From NCBI GenBank assembly GCA_963744145.1, contig CAVUSO010000001.1:6080001-6144000 (forward strand): a stretch of 64,000 nt of DNA, read 5' to 3'. The notes below the pieces were generated by a model. That model did no database searches. It was not told the origin of the DNA and saw only the letters and a program-made list of their open reading frames with translations. The stretch is from an uncultured cyanobacterium (lineage in GTDB: Bacteria > Cyanobacteriota > Cyanobacteriia > Cyanobacteriales > CAWUOF01). Below, in pieces: positions 1 through 10,800 of this stretch. Both the position numbers and the translations under genes were made by a program. The stretch's first letter is position 1; every line of letters begins with the position of its first letter.

Positions 1-34
1 TAACTTAACTTTTTCCAAAATTGGGGTGCTACTA

Positions 35-315
35 ATACCAATTTTTGATGAAACTGTATAGAATTGATCCCCCCACCCCCCAGGACTGTTTCATGCTAGC
101 AGAACCTCTCCCCCAACCCCTCTCCTAACGGTCAAGAGGAGCAAGAATAAATCGATTCTTCCTCCCATCAATTTAATCATCTTAATTACTCCCCCTTCCT
201 TCTTAGGGAAGGGGGTTGGGGGGTTAGGTCAGATTATATGAGAATCGAGCATGAAACAGCCCTGCTACTTCTTAAGGGGGATCTAAATTTGTGCAACTTC
301 ACATTAAATTGGTAT
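35..315. mobile_element. MITE family A (outer element, ends ATACCAATTT...AAATTGGTAT), carrying a nested element
   Basis: Terminal inverted repeats; both ends match the uninterrupted copy at 59991-60128. Confidence 0.75.
81..264. mobile_element. Nested MITE family B with 17-bp TIRs
   Basis: CAGGACTGTTTCATGCT (81-97) and AGCATGAAACAGCCCTG (248-264) are inverted, 16/17 match; internal CCCCCTTCC..GGAAGGGGG hairpin repeat. Confidence 0.7.
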
Positions 316-318
316 AAC

Positions 319-918
319 CTAATTCTGACTAATCCCTTTTAATAATTCAAGTCTTGCTTCTAAAATATCTGGTATTTGCAAACACTGTAACAGTAAATTT
401 ATATCCAAATCTGGTAAAATTTCACTGCGAGAAATTTGCACATAACCTGACTCCCGCAAATGGTATAAAGACAATTGATTGTTTTGCCAAAACCAAACTT
501 CAAAGAATAGGAAGCGACGATATTTTTCTAGTTTATTGATATTTCCACTGGTAATAATAATTTCAATTGCTAAATCAGGATGGCTCTTTTTTTCTCTTAA
601 GTAATAAGACTCATCAGGTTCAAAAGAAACATCTTTATCTTGATCTCGCTGAGTTGTACTGCCGATCGGAAAAAATCTTATTCCTTTTTCAACAAAATAA
701 ACTTCTAATAAAAATCTTAAAACAGATTTAATCCTTTCGTGAGTTTCCCCTAATGTCATTAGTTCGATCGTGCTATCTAAATAAGTTACCCGTAAACCTG
801 GTGTATCGGTCAACCATATCTCTAATTCCAGAAATTGCGCCCAACTGTAATAACCAGGTAAGGTTAAACGTTGTTCATTAATTGTGGGATCAGTTTTTTT
901 AATTAATTGGACGGTCAT
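319..918 (-). CDS. Uma2 (DUF820) family endonuclease
   Basis: EPDESYY and PDLAIEI motifs; start at MTVQL (918) preferred over 963. Confidence 0.9.
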   Translation of the reverse strand: MTVQLIKKTDPTINEQRLTLPGYYSWAQFLELEIWLTDTPGLRVTYLDSTIELMTLGETHERIKSVLRFLLEVYFVEKGIRFFPIGSTTQRDQDKDVSFEPDESYYLREKKSHPDLAIEIIITSGNINKLEKYRRFLFFEVWFWQNNQLSLYHLRESGYVQISRSEILPDLDINLLLQCLQIPDILEARLELLKGISQN

Positions 919-1144
919 AATTGGAAGTTTCCGACCAAATGATACTGCTGCTATTGTGATCATTATACCAATCAGCTCAACCTAGTTCTCCAGGTATATA
1001 ATTTTTAGTGGATATATAAAGTTTTATTACAAAATCAGGTAATTTGCATAGTAAGTAAGGTTTGCACCTGATATATAGTCAGAAACTATTTTTAGACTAG
1101 GGTGAGGACACAAAAAATTTCTCAGTCTTCTCTCTATATACTAA

Positions 1145-1825
1145 TTATTAGTTTTTGTCAATCTAAAACGCAATGTTGGTAATCACTTACTATTAGTAGG
1201 TGATCAGTTTGAAGAAATTTATATTTCCGATCAGAAAGAAGAACAGCAAAAATTATAGGAACAGCAACAACAAAGTTTTTTAGCTCTGCTTTTAGAAGCC
1301 GTTAAAAATATCCCAAATTTTCACTTTATCTTCACTTTACGGGCTGATTTTTTAGGATACGCTTTATCTTATGCGGATATCAAACTTGGTCCAATGTCTC
1401 GTCAGAGTTTGCAAGAAGCCATTAAAAAGCCAGCACTAAAAATGAATGTAAACAGCGATTTGACGGAAGCAGATCTCCACCTAGCGAACTTCTCAAACGG
1501 AAATCTATCACGAGCTAACTTAATGCGAGCTAATCTATCCAACGCTTATGCTTCAGATGTAAATTTTCAGCAAGCTGATCTTTCAGACGCAAATTTATCG
1601 AACGCTTTGCTAACTAACAGTGATTTCTCTGGGGCTAAACTATATAAAACTAACTTTGAAAGAGCAGATTTATCGGGAGCTAATTTTGAGGGAGTTGAAG
1701 GTTTAAAACCAGAGCAGCTTGAAAGTGCAAATAACTGGAAAAAAGCTAAATATGATCCAGCATTTTGTAAAAAATATCAGGATTTTTGTGAAAAGTTAAA
1801 GGTGAAAACCTGTGATGATAATTAA
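1145..1825 (+). pseudogene. Chimeric remnant: nSTAND1-type NTPase fragment fused in frame to pentapeptide repeats (ATG at 1394 gives a 143-aa ORF)
   Basis: Stop-free frame from 1145 reads HLLLVGDQFEEIY...TLRADFLG...LGPMSRQSLQEAIKKPA, then A(D/N)Lxx pentapeptides; no Walker A and no upstream start. Confidence 0.7.
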
Positions 1826-1953
1826 TTATAGAATATGAATACAACCTAGGAATTAATTAACTTTTTTAACTGTAAGGATAACAACAAGGTTAAAATCTTC
1901 AGATATTTAGTCATGAATTGATTCTTGCGAATCACGCTGGCTATTTTCATGTT

Positions 1954-2625
1954 TTAGCTAGGGTTGGTATCTGCATTTTCAATCGAATCCTTCTTCATTT
2001 TTACCCAAGCTCGAAAAGCTTTCATTGTTTTATTTCTACCCTCAACTTTACTGCGTTCTAAATATTTAGGAATTACCTCAACCAGAGAAAATCCTGGAAA
2101 ATGAGGACTTTCATTTACCTGAATATATTGACCGAATTGTAATACATTAATTTCTAATTTTGTCCCGTTAAAGCGCCATAGTTCTCCTACTCCTAACGCT
2201 TCATAATTGTTAAAATGTGTGCGGGAAGTAATATCAATCTCAATCGCTAAATCTGGCGGTGGATCTACAGTTAAATCAATTCGCTTCTTCCCCCGAACTG
2301 CTGCTTCATTTTCGATATAAAAACAATCATCAGCTTCGATTCCCTGATTCATAGTTTCGCTTTTAAAAGTAGTTGAACCCAAGCTCCAAAATTCCAGATC
2401 GAGTTCTTCAAGAATAGCTTTGACGAGATCGCCAATCATTATTTTACCCACTTCGTGTTCGGGTAGGGGCACCATAATTTCTAAAGCTCCCTGACTGTAA
2501 TTAATTAGACTTCCTCGTTTTTCGCCGAACTCCTCTAGCAGTTGTTCATACATCTGCCAACTGACATTATTGAGGAGAAGTTGTTGACCAGGGGGCACGA
2601 TTATTTGGTTGAGTTTGACTTGCAT
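1954..2625 (-). CDS. Uma2 (DUF820) family endonuclease
   Basis: LGSTTF...EADDCFYI...PPPDLAIEIDITS. Confidence 0.92.
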   Translation of the reverse strand: MQVKLNQIIVPPGQQLLLNNVSWQMYEQLLEEFGEKRGSLINYSQGALEIMVPLPEHEVGKIMIGDLVKAILEELDLEFWSLGSTTFKSETMNQGIEADDCFYIENEAAVRGKKRIDLTVDPPPDLAIEIDITSRTHFNNYEALGVGELWRFNGTKLEINVLQFGQYIQVNESPHFPGFSLVEVIPKYLERSKVEGRNKTMKAFRAWVKMKKDSIENADTNPS

Positions 2626-3392
2626 ATTGTTTCGATTAGATATGAGATTGGATAATCGGTACTAATAGTTTGAAAAGCTGGATCGGAAAAGGGATGAAAA
2701 TTATCTGACCATTTAGCCGTTAGGCTGCATAGCAACCGAAATTGGATTGGAGTTGGTGGCGGATTAACCCGCTCTACAGTAACATTAACCTGCTGAGGAG
2801 AATGGCAAACTAGCTCAAAGAAATCTTGATTTAGATAGCGTGGGCAATATCCAACAAAATGTAAATCTTCTGTGCGTAAAATTAGGGCGCGTGAGTCAAA
2901 TTGATTTTGAATATCATGAGTAACAAGCAACTTTGTCTCTACCCTTAGACATTGCACATATTGCTTTATTTCAATAGGGAAATGGCTCAGTCCGTGAGCA
3001 AAAAAGTGAATGTGATAAATACCATTTTCATCGCGCTCTGGACAGGGAAAAACCTCAAAACTATCCGTTTGACGTTTACCACCACTCCGAGCAAGCAAAG
3101 CGATCGGATCGTCTTGATGTGCAGGAATATTTAGCCACTGGACAAAATCTTTGTAGTCAGGACGCGAAGGACGCAACAGCCGATTGGCAAAAAGTGGAAA
3201 AAGTTCAATTGAACTATAGTGATGCTCAAAATGAGGAAAAGACCAGATCGGCTGAAAATTTGCGATTTCTTTAGCTTTAATCGCTCCCTGAAGATAGTCA
3301 AAATGATACATCCCATCCACTTGGGTGAGTTTCCCAACCGGAAACCAAGCGCGAGAGATTGAGTCTTGCCAAGCTAAAAATAGAGTTTTCAA
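2601..3392 (-). CDS. HIRAN-domain protein with HipS-like N-terminus
   Basis: N-terminal LFLAWQD..WFPVGKL..FPLFANRL; C-terminal FFAHGL..DSRAL..VGYCPRYL; 4-nt overlap with the kinase gene. Confidence 0.75.
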   Translation of the reverse strand: MKTLFLAWQDSISRAWFPVGKLTQVDGMYHFDYLQGAIKAKEIANFQPIWSFPHFEHHYSSIELFPLFANRLLRPSRPDYKDFVQWLNIPAHQDDPIALLARSGGKRQTDSFEVFPCPERDENGIYHIHFFAHGLSHFPIEIKQYVQCLRVETKLLVTHDIQNQFDSRALILRTEDLHFVGYCPRYLNQDFFELVCHSPQQVNVTVERVNPPPTPIQFRLLCSLTAKWSDNFHPFSDPAFQTISTDYPISYLIETICKSNSTK

Positions 3393-4300
3393 TTCTGATT
3401 ATCTCGTAAATTCAGTAGTCTCAGCTGATTAATTTCTAACATTTTTAAGCTAAATTCGACAGCCACAGATGAGATCCGATGCTCTGGAACTTGCTCAAAG
3501 ATAGACTTTACCGCTTGTATAGGCACATTGGCTAGTTGGTCTAACCATATTTTGGCTGAGTTTGGGTATTTATGGGCGATCGCGCGAAACAAATCAAAGG
3601 TTAGCATTGAGCGGCGATCGCCGACTTGATGATAAAAAGATGACCTCGACTTTTCGACATAATTTTTAACAGTTTGCTTCTGTAAATGTTCTTGTCGTTT
3701 CACATCAAGCAATTCCAGCCCCAAACTGGAAGCGTGATCGTAAGTTGGCGCTAGATGCGGGATCGACTCTGGTAGTTGAACAACAAAGCCCCAATTTTCA
3801 TGGTGGCGATCGCCGTTACTAATCCAGGTATCTAGTAATAAATATCCTACAAAGGTAGACACAGCCGTATTGATGCCCGTAGGAGGAATCCAATCGAAGG
3901 GGACTTTCAAATCCGGACGTTTGAGCAGATCAAGAACAATATCTAATGTGTGCTGTGAGACTCTATACATCTGACTTCTAGGATAACTAGATATTACTCC
4001 TGCAAGGATATCGTTACCGTGAATCAGTGCAGTACCTTTCGGTAAAAAATTGGTTGAAATAACCCCATAATAATTGTGCCAAGTAGCAAGTTGATAATCT
4101 GCATGGGGCAAGCCTAATAACTGGGCAAGTTCGGCAGCAATTTTTTCTGACCAATCTTCACCCGTATTAGGACGAACCTGTTTGAAGAGACAGTTACCTA
4201 GTTCTGGATGTTGAAACCAAAATTTGAATCTACTACCCATCGGTTCTTCAGCTTCAGCAGCATCATCTGGAACCTCATAAATTGGAAACTTATTACTCAT
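3389..4300 (-). CDS. HipA-family (HipA_C) Ser/Thr kinase
   Basis: GSRFKFW loop, LFK, EDWSEKIA, catalytic NGDRHHENWG, LAPTYDHASSLG; ATG at 4300. Confidence 0.88.
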   Translation of the reverse strand: MSNKFPIYEVPDDAAEAEEPMGSRFKFWFQHPELGNCLFKQVRPNTGEDWSEKIAAELAQLLGLPHADYQLATWHNYYGVISTNFLPKGTALIHGNDILAGVISSYPRSQMYRVSQHTLDIVLDLLKRPDLKVPFDWIPPTGINTAVSTFVGYLLLDTWISNGDRHHENWGFVVQLPESIPHLAPTYDHASSLGLELLDVKRQEHLQKQTVKNYVEKSRSSFYHQVGDRRSMLTFDLFRAIAHKYPNSAKIWLDQLANVPIQAVKSIFEQVPEHRISSVAVEFSLKMLEINQLRLLNLRDNQN

Positions 4301-4831
4301 CCAACACACTACCCAACGCGATCGCGGCTTAAGAGCCAAGTGAAACAGCCGAAAGCCTGATTTGGCATAAGTTTTCGATTATGATAGTTTTATGCTTGAT
4401 AAATTTTCCTACTAAAGCTTACTACATAAGGGTTTCTGCGATTTATTATATATCAAATTCGGTAAAATCTGAATATTTGACGACTATTAAGAATAAATAA
4501 ACAATCGTTGACAAAAATTAATATCTCGAAATATTACCATGACACTTCTAGGTAAAGGATTATGGCCATTTTTTATCAAGAACCCCCCTTTTTTATAAAT
4601 TTCAGAGCTACTACAACTTTTTAGCCTTGCAACCGCCCTCTAGACATTAGGATGGATAAATGTTTTAATATAAATGTTTCCTACTCGCTGGGAAAATTGT
4701 TTGAATGAAAATGTGTCTTAACGTTAAAGCGATACTAGTATACCGCATTCACGATAATGCTCTCTATTCGCTAAAGTAATTAGCTGAATGGACATAGCTA
4801 ATCAGGAAAAATACTCGTGGCAAGCAAAATT

Positions 4832-5171
4832 ATGTCTAACCAAACTCTGTTGAAATCCAACCTTTCAGATGAGCAACGTCTGGCTTTTTATGGCGCGTTA
4901 TTTGTACTCGCTTCAGTTGACGGACGTTCTTGACAAAGACAAAATGAACTCGATCTGTGAAATTATGGATTTAGACGGAATGTCTGACAAAGCCAAAGAA
5001 CAAGTACAGGAATACATCATTGACCCACCAAAATTTTTTGGGTGCTTAAGGGTTTTAAGTAGCGCAGATGATACGTTGCGTTATGGAGCCATGATTAATA
5101 TGGTCGAAACTGCATGGGCTGACGATGAACTAGATGCTCAAGAAGGATATAAAATTAACTGGTTTAAGTGA
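4832..5171 (+). pseudogene. TerB-like (tellurite-resistance fold) protein, frameshifted and truncated
   Basis: ATG 4832 reads MSNQTLLKSNLSDEQRLAFYGALFVLASVDG, then shifts +1 into DKDKMNSICEIMDLDG...AWADDELD. Confidence 0.6.
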
Positions 5172-5178
5172 TAAATTA

Positions 5179-5241
5179 TCGCCCGAATGCTATGCCTACG
5201 GCACGCTACGCGAACGCCCCTACAATTCATTGAACTGTATT
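5179..5241. repeat. REP/SDR-like repeat fragment
   Basis: tcgcccgaatgctatgcctacggcacgctacgcgaacgcccctac...tgaactgtattg is nearly identical to 15706-15769. Confidence 0.75.
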
Positions 5242-5319
5242 GATTTATAAACTCGTGGTATACTTTAACAAAACGTCAAAAACTCTATATTCTGTAAGTT
5301 TAGCTTACTTACCGATCGC

Positions 5320-6537
5320 TTAACCCGCGATCGCACCAGTTGTCCAAGCACTTTGAAAATTAAATCCACCTGTAACACCATCAATATCCAAAATTTCTCC
5401 AGCAAAATAAAGACCCGGACATAAACGACTTTCCATTGTTTTAAAATCTACTTCTTTTAAATTAATCCCCCCACAGGTAACAAATTCTTCTTTAAAAACT
5501 CCCTTTCCCTTAATCAAAAATTCCCCTTGAGTAAGTTCCTGAATTAATTGATTTAAAACCTTATTAGATATTTCAGCCCAGCGAGTTTCTGTACCTATCC
5601 CCACCACAGCAATTAATTGTTTCCACAGACTTTGAGGGATAGAAACCGGACAACTATTCGCGATCGCACGTCTAGACAACTGAGATTTAACTGCAACTAA
5701 TTGTTGATGTAAAACTTCTAAAGTATATTGAGGTAACCAATTAATTACCAATTTAGTTTGATAATTACAATCATAGAGAACTCTTGCACCCCAAGCAGAA
5801 AGTTTCAGGATCGCAGGACCACTTAAACCCCAATGGGTAATTAATACCGGACCAGTCTGCTCTAATTTAGTATTTAATAAACGTACATTAGCATGAGGAA
5901 CAGCAACACCAGATAACCCTGCTAAACGAGGATCAGAAATAGTAAAAGTAAACAAAGAGGGAACAGGTGACTCAATCCGATGACCAAAAGATTTAGCGAT
6001 TTGATAACCAATGGGATTACTACCAGTCGCGATCAAAATGCGATCGCATTCCAACCATTCACCAGTTTTTACCTTAATCAGAAATTTGCTCTTACTTTCT
6101 CCCTTAGCAAAAGCAGGATTCACCGACACTTTAACTATTAAAATCCCAGTATAAATTTTTACTCCAGCATTTTCAGCAGTACGAATTAAACAATTTACGA
6201 TCGTACTAGAGTCATCAGTAACCGGAAACATCCTTCCATCTGCTTCCGTTTTTAAATTAACACCGCGATCGCTAAACCAAGCTACAGTATCTAGTGGTTG
6301 AAAACGACTAAAAGCACCAAGTAATGCTTTGGCACCACGAGGATAATTTTGGACTAAAAGTGCTGGTTCAAAACAAGCATGAGTAACATTACAACGTCCT
6401 CCTCCTGAAATCCGAACCTTACTCAAACATTGCTTTCCAGCTTCTAAGATTGTCACTTGAGAATCAGGATAATTCTTCGCACAATTAATTGCAGCAAAAA
6501 AACCAGCAGCACCACCACCAATTACAACTATTTTCAT
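5320..6537 (-). CDS. HI0933/YhiN(BaiN)-family flavoprotein
   Basis: GGGAAG, SGGGRCNVT, FVTCGGI, GVTGGFNFQSAW. Confidence 0.93.
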   Translation of the reverse strand: MKIVVIGGGAAGFFAAINCAKNYPDSQVTILEAGKQCLSKVRISGGGRCNVTHACFEPALLVQNYPRGAKALLGAFSRFQPLDTVAWFSDRGVNLKTEADGRMFPVTDDSSTIVNCLIRTAENAGVKIYTGILIVKVSVNPAFAKGESKSKFLIKVKTGEWLECDRILIATGSNPIGYQIAKSFGHRIESPVPSLFTFTISDPRLAGLSGVAVPHANVRLLNTKLEQTGPVLITHWGLSGPAILKLSAWGARVLYDCNYQTKLVINWLPQYTLEVLHQQLVAVKSQLSRRAIANSCPVSIPQSLWKQLIAVVGIGTETRWAEISNKVLNQLIQELTQGEFLIKGKGVFKEEFVTCGGINLKEVDFKTMESRLCPGLYFAGEILDIDGVTGGFNFQSAWTTGAIAG

Positions 6538-6565
6538 CTTTTTATCTGCTTTGCACCTTAGTGGT

Positions 6566-7483
6566 TTAATTAGGATCAGAACTTAAATTTTGGTGCCAAA
6601 GTAAGTCTTTTAATTGTTCTAATTCGGATTTTAATGATAAAGGTTTATAACCCAAAGCGATCGCTTTAGAAATATCCAGAGACACATCAGGTGGTCTAGG
6701 TGCAAGCATTTGGATATCTTTTTGTTTACAAGGAACTAGATTAGTGTTCTTTAACTTCAGCACTTCAACTACTAAGCGCATAAAATCATAACGGGATATG
6801 CGCTCTTTTCCTCCTAAATGTATAATTCCATGAGCTTCTTTTAAAGCTAATAATAGCCCTTGAGCAGCAGTTTTGCCACTAACTGGAGTGCGAAATTCAT
6901 CGACAAATAAATGCAATTCTTTGCCAACTCTAATCGATTCTAACATTGGTTGGAGGAAACTTTTAGCTACCAAACCACCATCACCAAACATTAGTGGCAT
7001 TCGGCACACTGCTGCTAATGGATAACGTTCTAGTATTCCAATTTCAGCCATCACCTTTTGTTCCCCATAAACACTAATCGGACAGGTGGGATCTGTTTCC
7101 CGATAGGGAGGATTTAAACCGTCAAAAACTAAATCCGTCGAAGTAAACGCAAAAGGTAGAGAATAATCTCCACAAAGTCCAGCTAAATTCACCGTAGCTG
7201 CGACATTTATTTCCTGGGATTCTTGGGGATAATTTTGACAATAATTAGGTTGAGATGCAGCAGCAGTATGAATTACAGCATCAGGTTTTATGTCGTTAAA
7301 CAAATCCTTGATTGCTTGAAAATCTCTTAGATCAACTGAAATTTGGGTAATTCCAGGAATTTGGTGAGAATGGGAAAAAAATGTGCCATATACATCCCAT
7401 TCTGGTTTTGCTACTAGACACAAATTCCATCCTAAAAAACCGCTAGCACCAGTAATTAATAATTTTTTTGCTTCTTCGCGCAC
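6566..7483 (-). CDS. RmlD-like NAD(P)-dependent oxidoreductase (extended SDR)
   Basis: ITGASGFLG, TSTDLVFDG, YGEQK, PRPPDVSL. Confidence 0.88.
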   Translation of the reverse strand: MREEAKKLLITGASGFLGWNLCLVAKPEWDVYGTFFSHSHQIPGITQISVDLRDFQAIKDLFNDIKPDAVIHTAAASQPNYCQNYPQESQEINVAATVNLAGLCGDYSLPFAFTSTDLVFDGLNPPYRETDPTCPISVYGEQKVMAEIGILERYPLAAVCRMPLMFGDGGLVAKSFLQPMLESIRVGKELHLFVDEFRTPVSGKTAAQGLLLALKEAHGIIHLGGKERISRYDFMRLVVEVLKLKNTNLVPCKQKDIQMLAPRPPDVSLDISKAIALGYKPLSLKSELEQLKDLLWHQNLSSDPN

Positions 7484-7503
7484 TGCTGAAACCTATGATT
7501 GAT

Positions 7504-7668
7504 TTATTCTTCACAACGTTCAAAACTTCCTGATAAACTACCACAAACTGGACAAAACCAGTTATCTGGTATTTTTTCAAAGATAGTTCCAGGGAGGATC
7601 TGACCATCGGGATCACCGATTTCCGGATCGTATATATAACCACAGTTGGTACACATATATTTTGCCAT
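7504..7668 (-). CDS. Rubredoxin
   Basis: [10 protein letters not shown]...[14 protein letters not shown] at 7668. Confidence 0.92.
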   Translation of the reverse strand: MAKYMCTNCGYIYDPEIGDPDGQILPGTIFEKIPDNWFCPVCGSLSGSFERCEE

Positions 7669-7805
7669 TCTAAATTCCCAAAAGTCTGGATTACTGAATT
7701 TAACAATTTCAAGTTTATCACTAAAGTCAATAAATTCAATCCTCCAGACCAAACATCAATATGGGGCAAAGTCCCAAAAGGGAATTCGGGTTGAGGTTAC
7801 TTATA

Positions 7806-7814
7806 TGCTATGAT
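7806..7814 (+). promoter_or_regulatory. Extended -10 element for the helicase gene
   Basis: TGCTATGAT 29 nt upstream of ATG 7843. Confidence 0.4.
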
Positions 7815-7842
7815 TAACAATCTATTTACTGTTCAGCATCAA

Positions 7843-10800
7843 ATGACATATAAAATTGGGGAAGATTTGGGTCGGATTTTTGAAGTAGGGTTTAATATTG
7901 GAATTCTTGCTTATATTCAGCAACACCAAATTAAGCAGAGATTCGGTAACTTATATCTTCAGGAGTTACAACAGCTAAAATTCCCGAAGATGTTAAAACG
8001 AATTACCGATAAATTTACTGATCCAGTCCAACGGAAAATAGCAGAAACCTGGAGTACATTTTTTCTTGAGAAAGGTTTTTTATCTGGATTAAATTTTTTG
8101 GGAGAATATCTACAAGCAACAGGTTGGAATGAATCTCAGCAATTAAGGAATTTAGAAATTGTCTATTATCAATGTCGCTTTAATGGAGACAATAGTATTG
8201 GGACTTATGAAGAAAAAACAGATTCCCAATGGTTAGAAGAAGTCTTAACTCAATTTCCCAATCTGGAAGAAGAGGATCGGAGAAAAATTATCTACCAATA
8301 TACAGGAAAAGGAAAATCAGGAGAGTTTTTATATGCAGATATGCTCATGCTTTTGCGTTATCGTCGTCAATATAGAATTTTATGTGTAGATTTATCGATT
8401 TTTTCAATTAATACCAGTGCTGATGTTAAAGATTTGAATTATATTGAACTGATCCGGGAAATTTTAGTACGGGATTTAAACTATTTGCGAAGTAAGAGTG
8501 TATTTGCTAATCTTAAAATTGATGCTGGGAATTTAGGATTTGAGTTTTCTCAGGATTTGCAAAATTATTTTAGTGCTTTTAAATATGATGATAAGGAAAG
8601 TGCTAAGTTTATTCAAGCTGCTAGTTATGTTTATAGTTTTTATGGGTTTTTACAAGAACGGGGGATATTAACTGAATCTAACTCTGTGGTTTTTAATGCT
8701 GTGGGATATAGCGATCGCTCAATTAGTTCAATGTCGGTACGTCCAGAAAATTTAATCATCCTGAAGACTTGTTATGAAATTTACAAACATGATCTCAGTC
8801 CCAAGGAAATTAGTGATGCTCGACAGCTAGTTTTAAATCGGATTAAACGTAGTGCTTACACCAGTTTTGACAATGGTAAACAATTAGTCGATGCTCTGCT
8901 CACCATTACACCGAATCAAATTAATTTTATTCCTCATCAAGAAAAGATTACCAATTTTTTTAATTCTGTGGGTGAAGTTCCATCTGGATTAATTGATCAA
9001 CTTGGGTTAACGGGGACAAAAAATCTCCGACAAGTCCATACAGAAATAGTTCAAAAAGCACTTAATTCTGATCATACTTATATATTTTTAACAGGTAATC
9101 CTGGAATTGGCAAGACTACCGCGATCGCAGACTTTCTGAAATCTCCAGTTCATTTAGAGGAAGGATTCCTATTTTTCTATGCTAGTCCCAGGAAACAAGT
9201 AAATTTAGATATCATTGAGAAATTTAAAGATCCTCAAACTAACTTACTATGTAGCGATCGGATGATCTGTATTAACACTAACTATAATCTGATCCGCGAC
9301 AATGACAAACTTGGTCGCTATACTGTCCAATATGTCGCTAATCAACCGATCCAAGGTAATTATAGTGTCAATTTTGTTGATAGTCGAGTCATTCAGCAAC
9401 CCGGATATCGTTCGGAAAAACTAAATCGATCTGCAATAGATTTAATTAAACCAGCAGCACAAAAAACTAAGGGTGTTCTTAGCAGTATTAGTGAAGCAAT
9501 CTATATTTTAGTCAATCGCAATATTTCTAATAATATTGTTGCTACAGTTTCAATTCAATCTTTAAAGAAAACAGATACCAGTGATACTCTCAAACATTTC
9601 CGCAAAATCTTTCGTGACGCTTACAATCAAAGTACAGGAACAGTCATCCCCAGTCAAATGAGACAAATATCTCGTCGAATTAAGCATTTATTCATTATGA
9701 TCGACGAAATCACTGGTTCTGATGGTGGGGTAGAATTTTTAAACGGAATTAGCGAAATCTTAACTGAGTATAAATTAACCGATCCTCAATCTGGTTTTAA
9801 TACTAAAATTATAGTTGCAGATGCTTCGATTGTCGATCAAGATGTGATCTGTCAACATCTTCAGAATTCATCAGCAGAACCAGATAAAATTTATTTTCGT
9901 CGTACCTCCCAAATCGAATCTCAACCAATTACATTACAGGAATTTAGATTTAAAAACTTCCCAGCAATTGCAATTAATACTAATTCTTATCCTGCTGGAA
10001 ATTTAACCATTCAATATAAAATTTTCATCGAATCTTGTAAATTTCGGGAAAAAGCTAACCTCCCACCCAATTCTAGTTTAGAAACAAGAGTACAGTCAGA
10101 AATTTTAACTGATTTAACTACCAGATTAAAACAGACTGATGGTGAACAAGTGATCGTTTATATTCAAAATAAATCGCGATTAGCTGAATTAATTGATTAT
10201 TTGACTAAACACCTAGAAGAATTTAATAAATTTGTGGACTATTTGGAAATTCATGCTAATATCTCCGAAGTCGAAAAAGAGCAAATCGCTCAATGCAAAA
10301 ATCAAGTCAAAGTAGTTTTTATGACTGCTTCCGGTAGTCGAGGATTATCATTTCCAAAAGCTAAACATATTTTAGTAGAAATCCCTCGATTTGAAATTGA
10401 GCAAAATTTGATGGAAATTATCCAGGTAATTTATCGAGGTCGAGGTGATGATCAGATAGATAAACAAGATAAAGAGCTGGTTTTTTATTTAAGCGATCGC
10501 TCAATTTATTACGACCAAGAATCCCAGTTATCCTTACAAGAAAGCGTTTTAAATATATTAAATATATTATTAATTTTAAAAGCATCAATTATGACCAGAA
10601 TCTTTGGTTATGGGAAAATTGGTCGAGATAAATTTATGATCATCCCGATCGGAGGAAAATCTGTCTCGGGAGCAGGAGAAACATTTTCTGTTCAAATGGA
10701 AAACCTGATTAGAGAATTAAAGAAAGAACACAATCGCAATCCTAGTGATACCAAACTCAAACAAATATACACCAGTTTACAACAATTATTAAGTCGAGCA

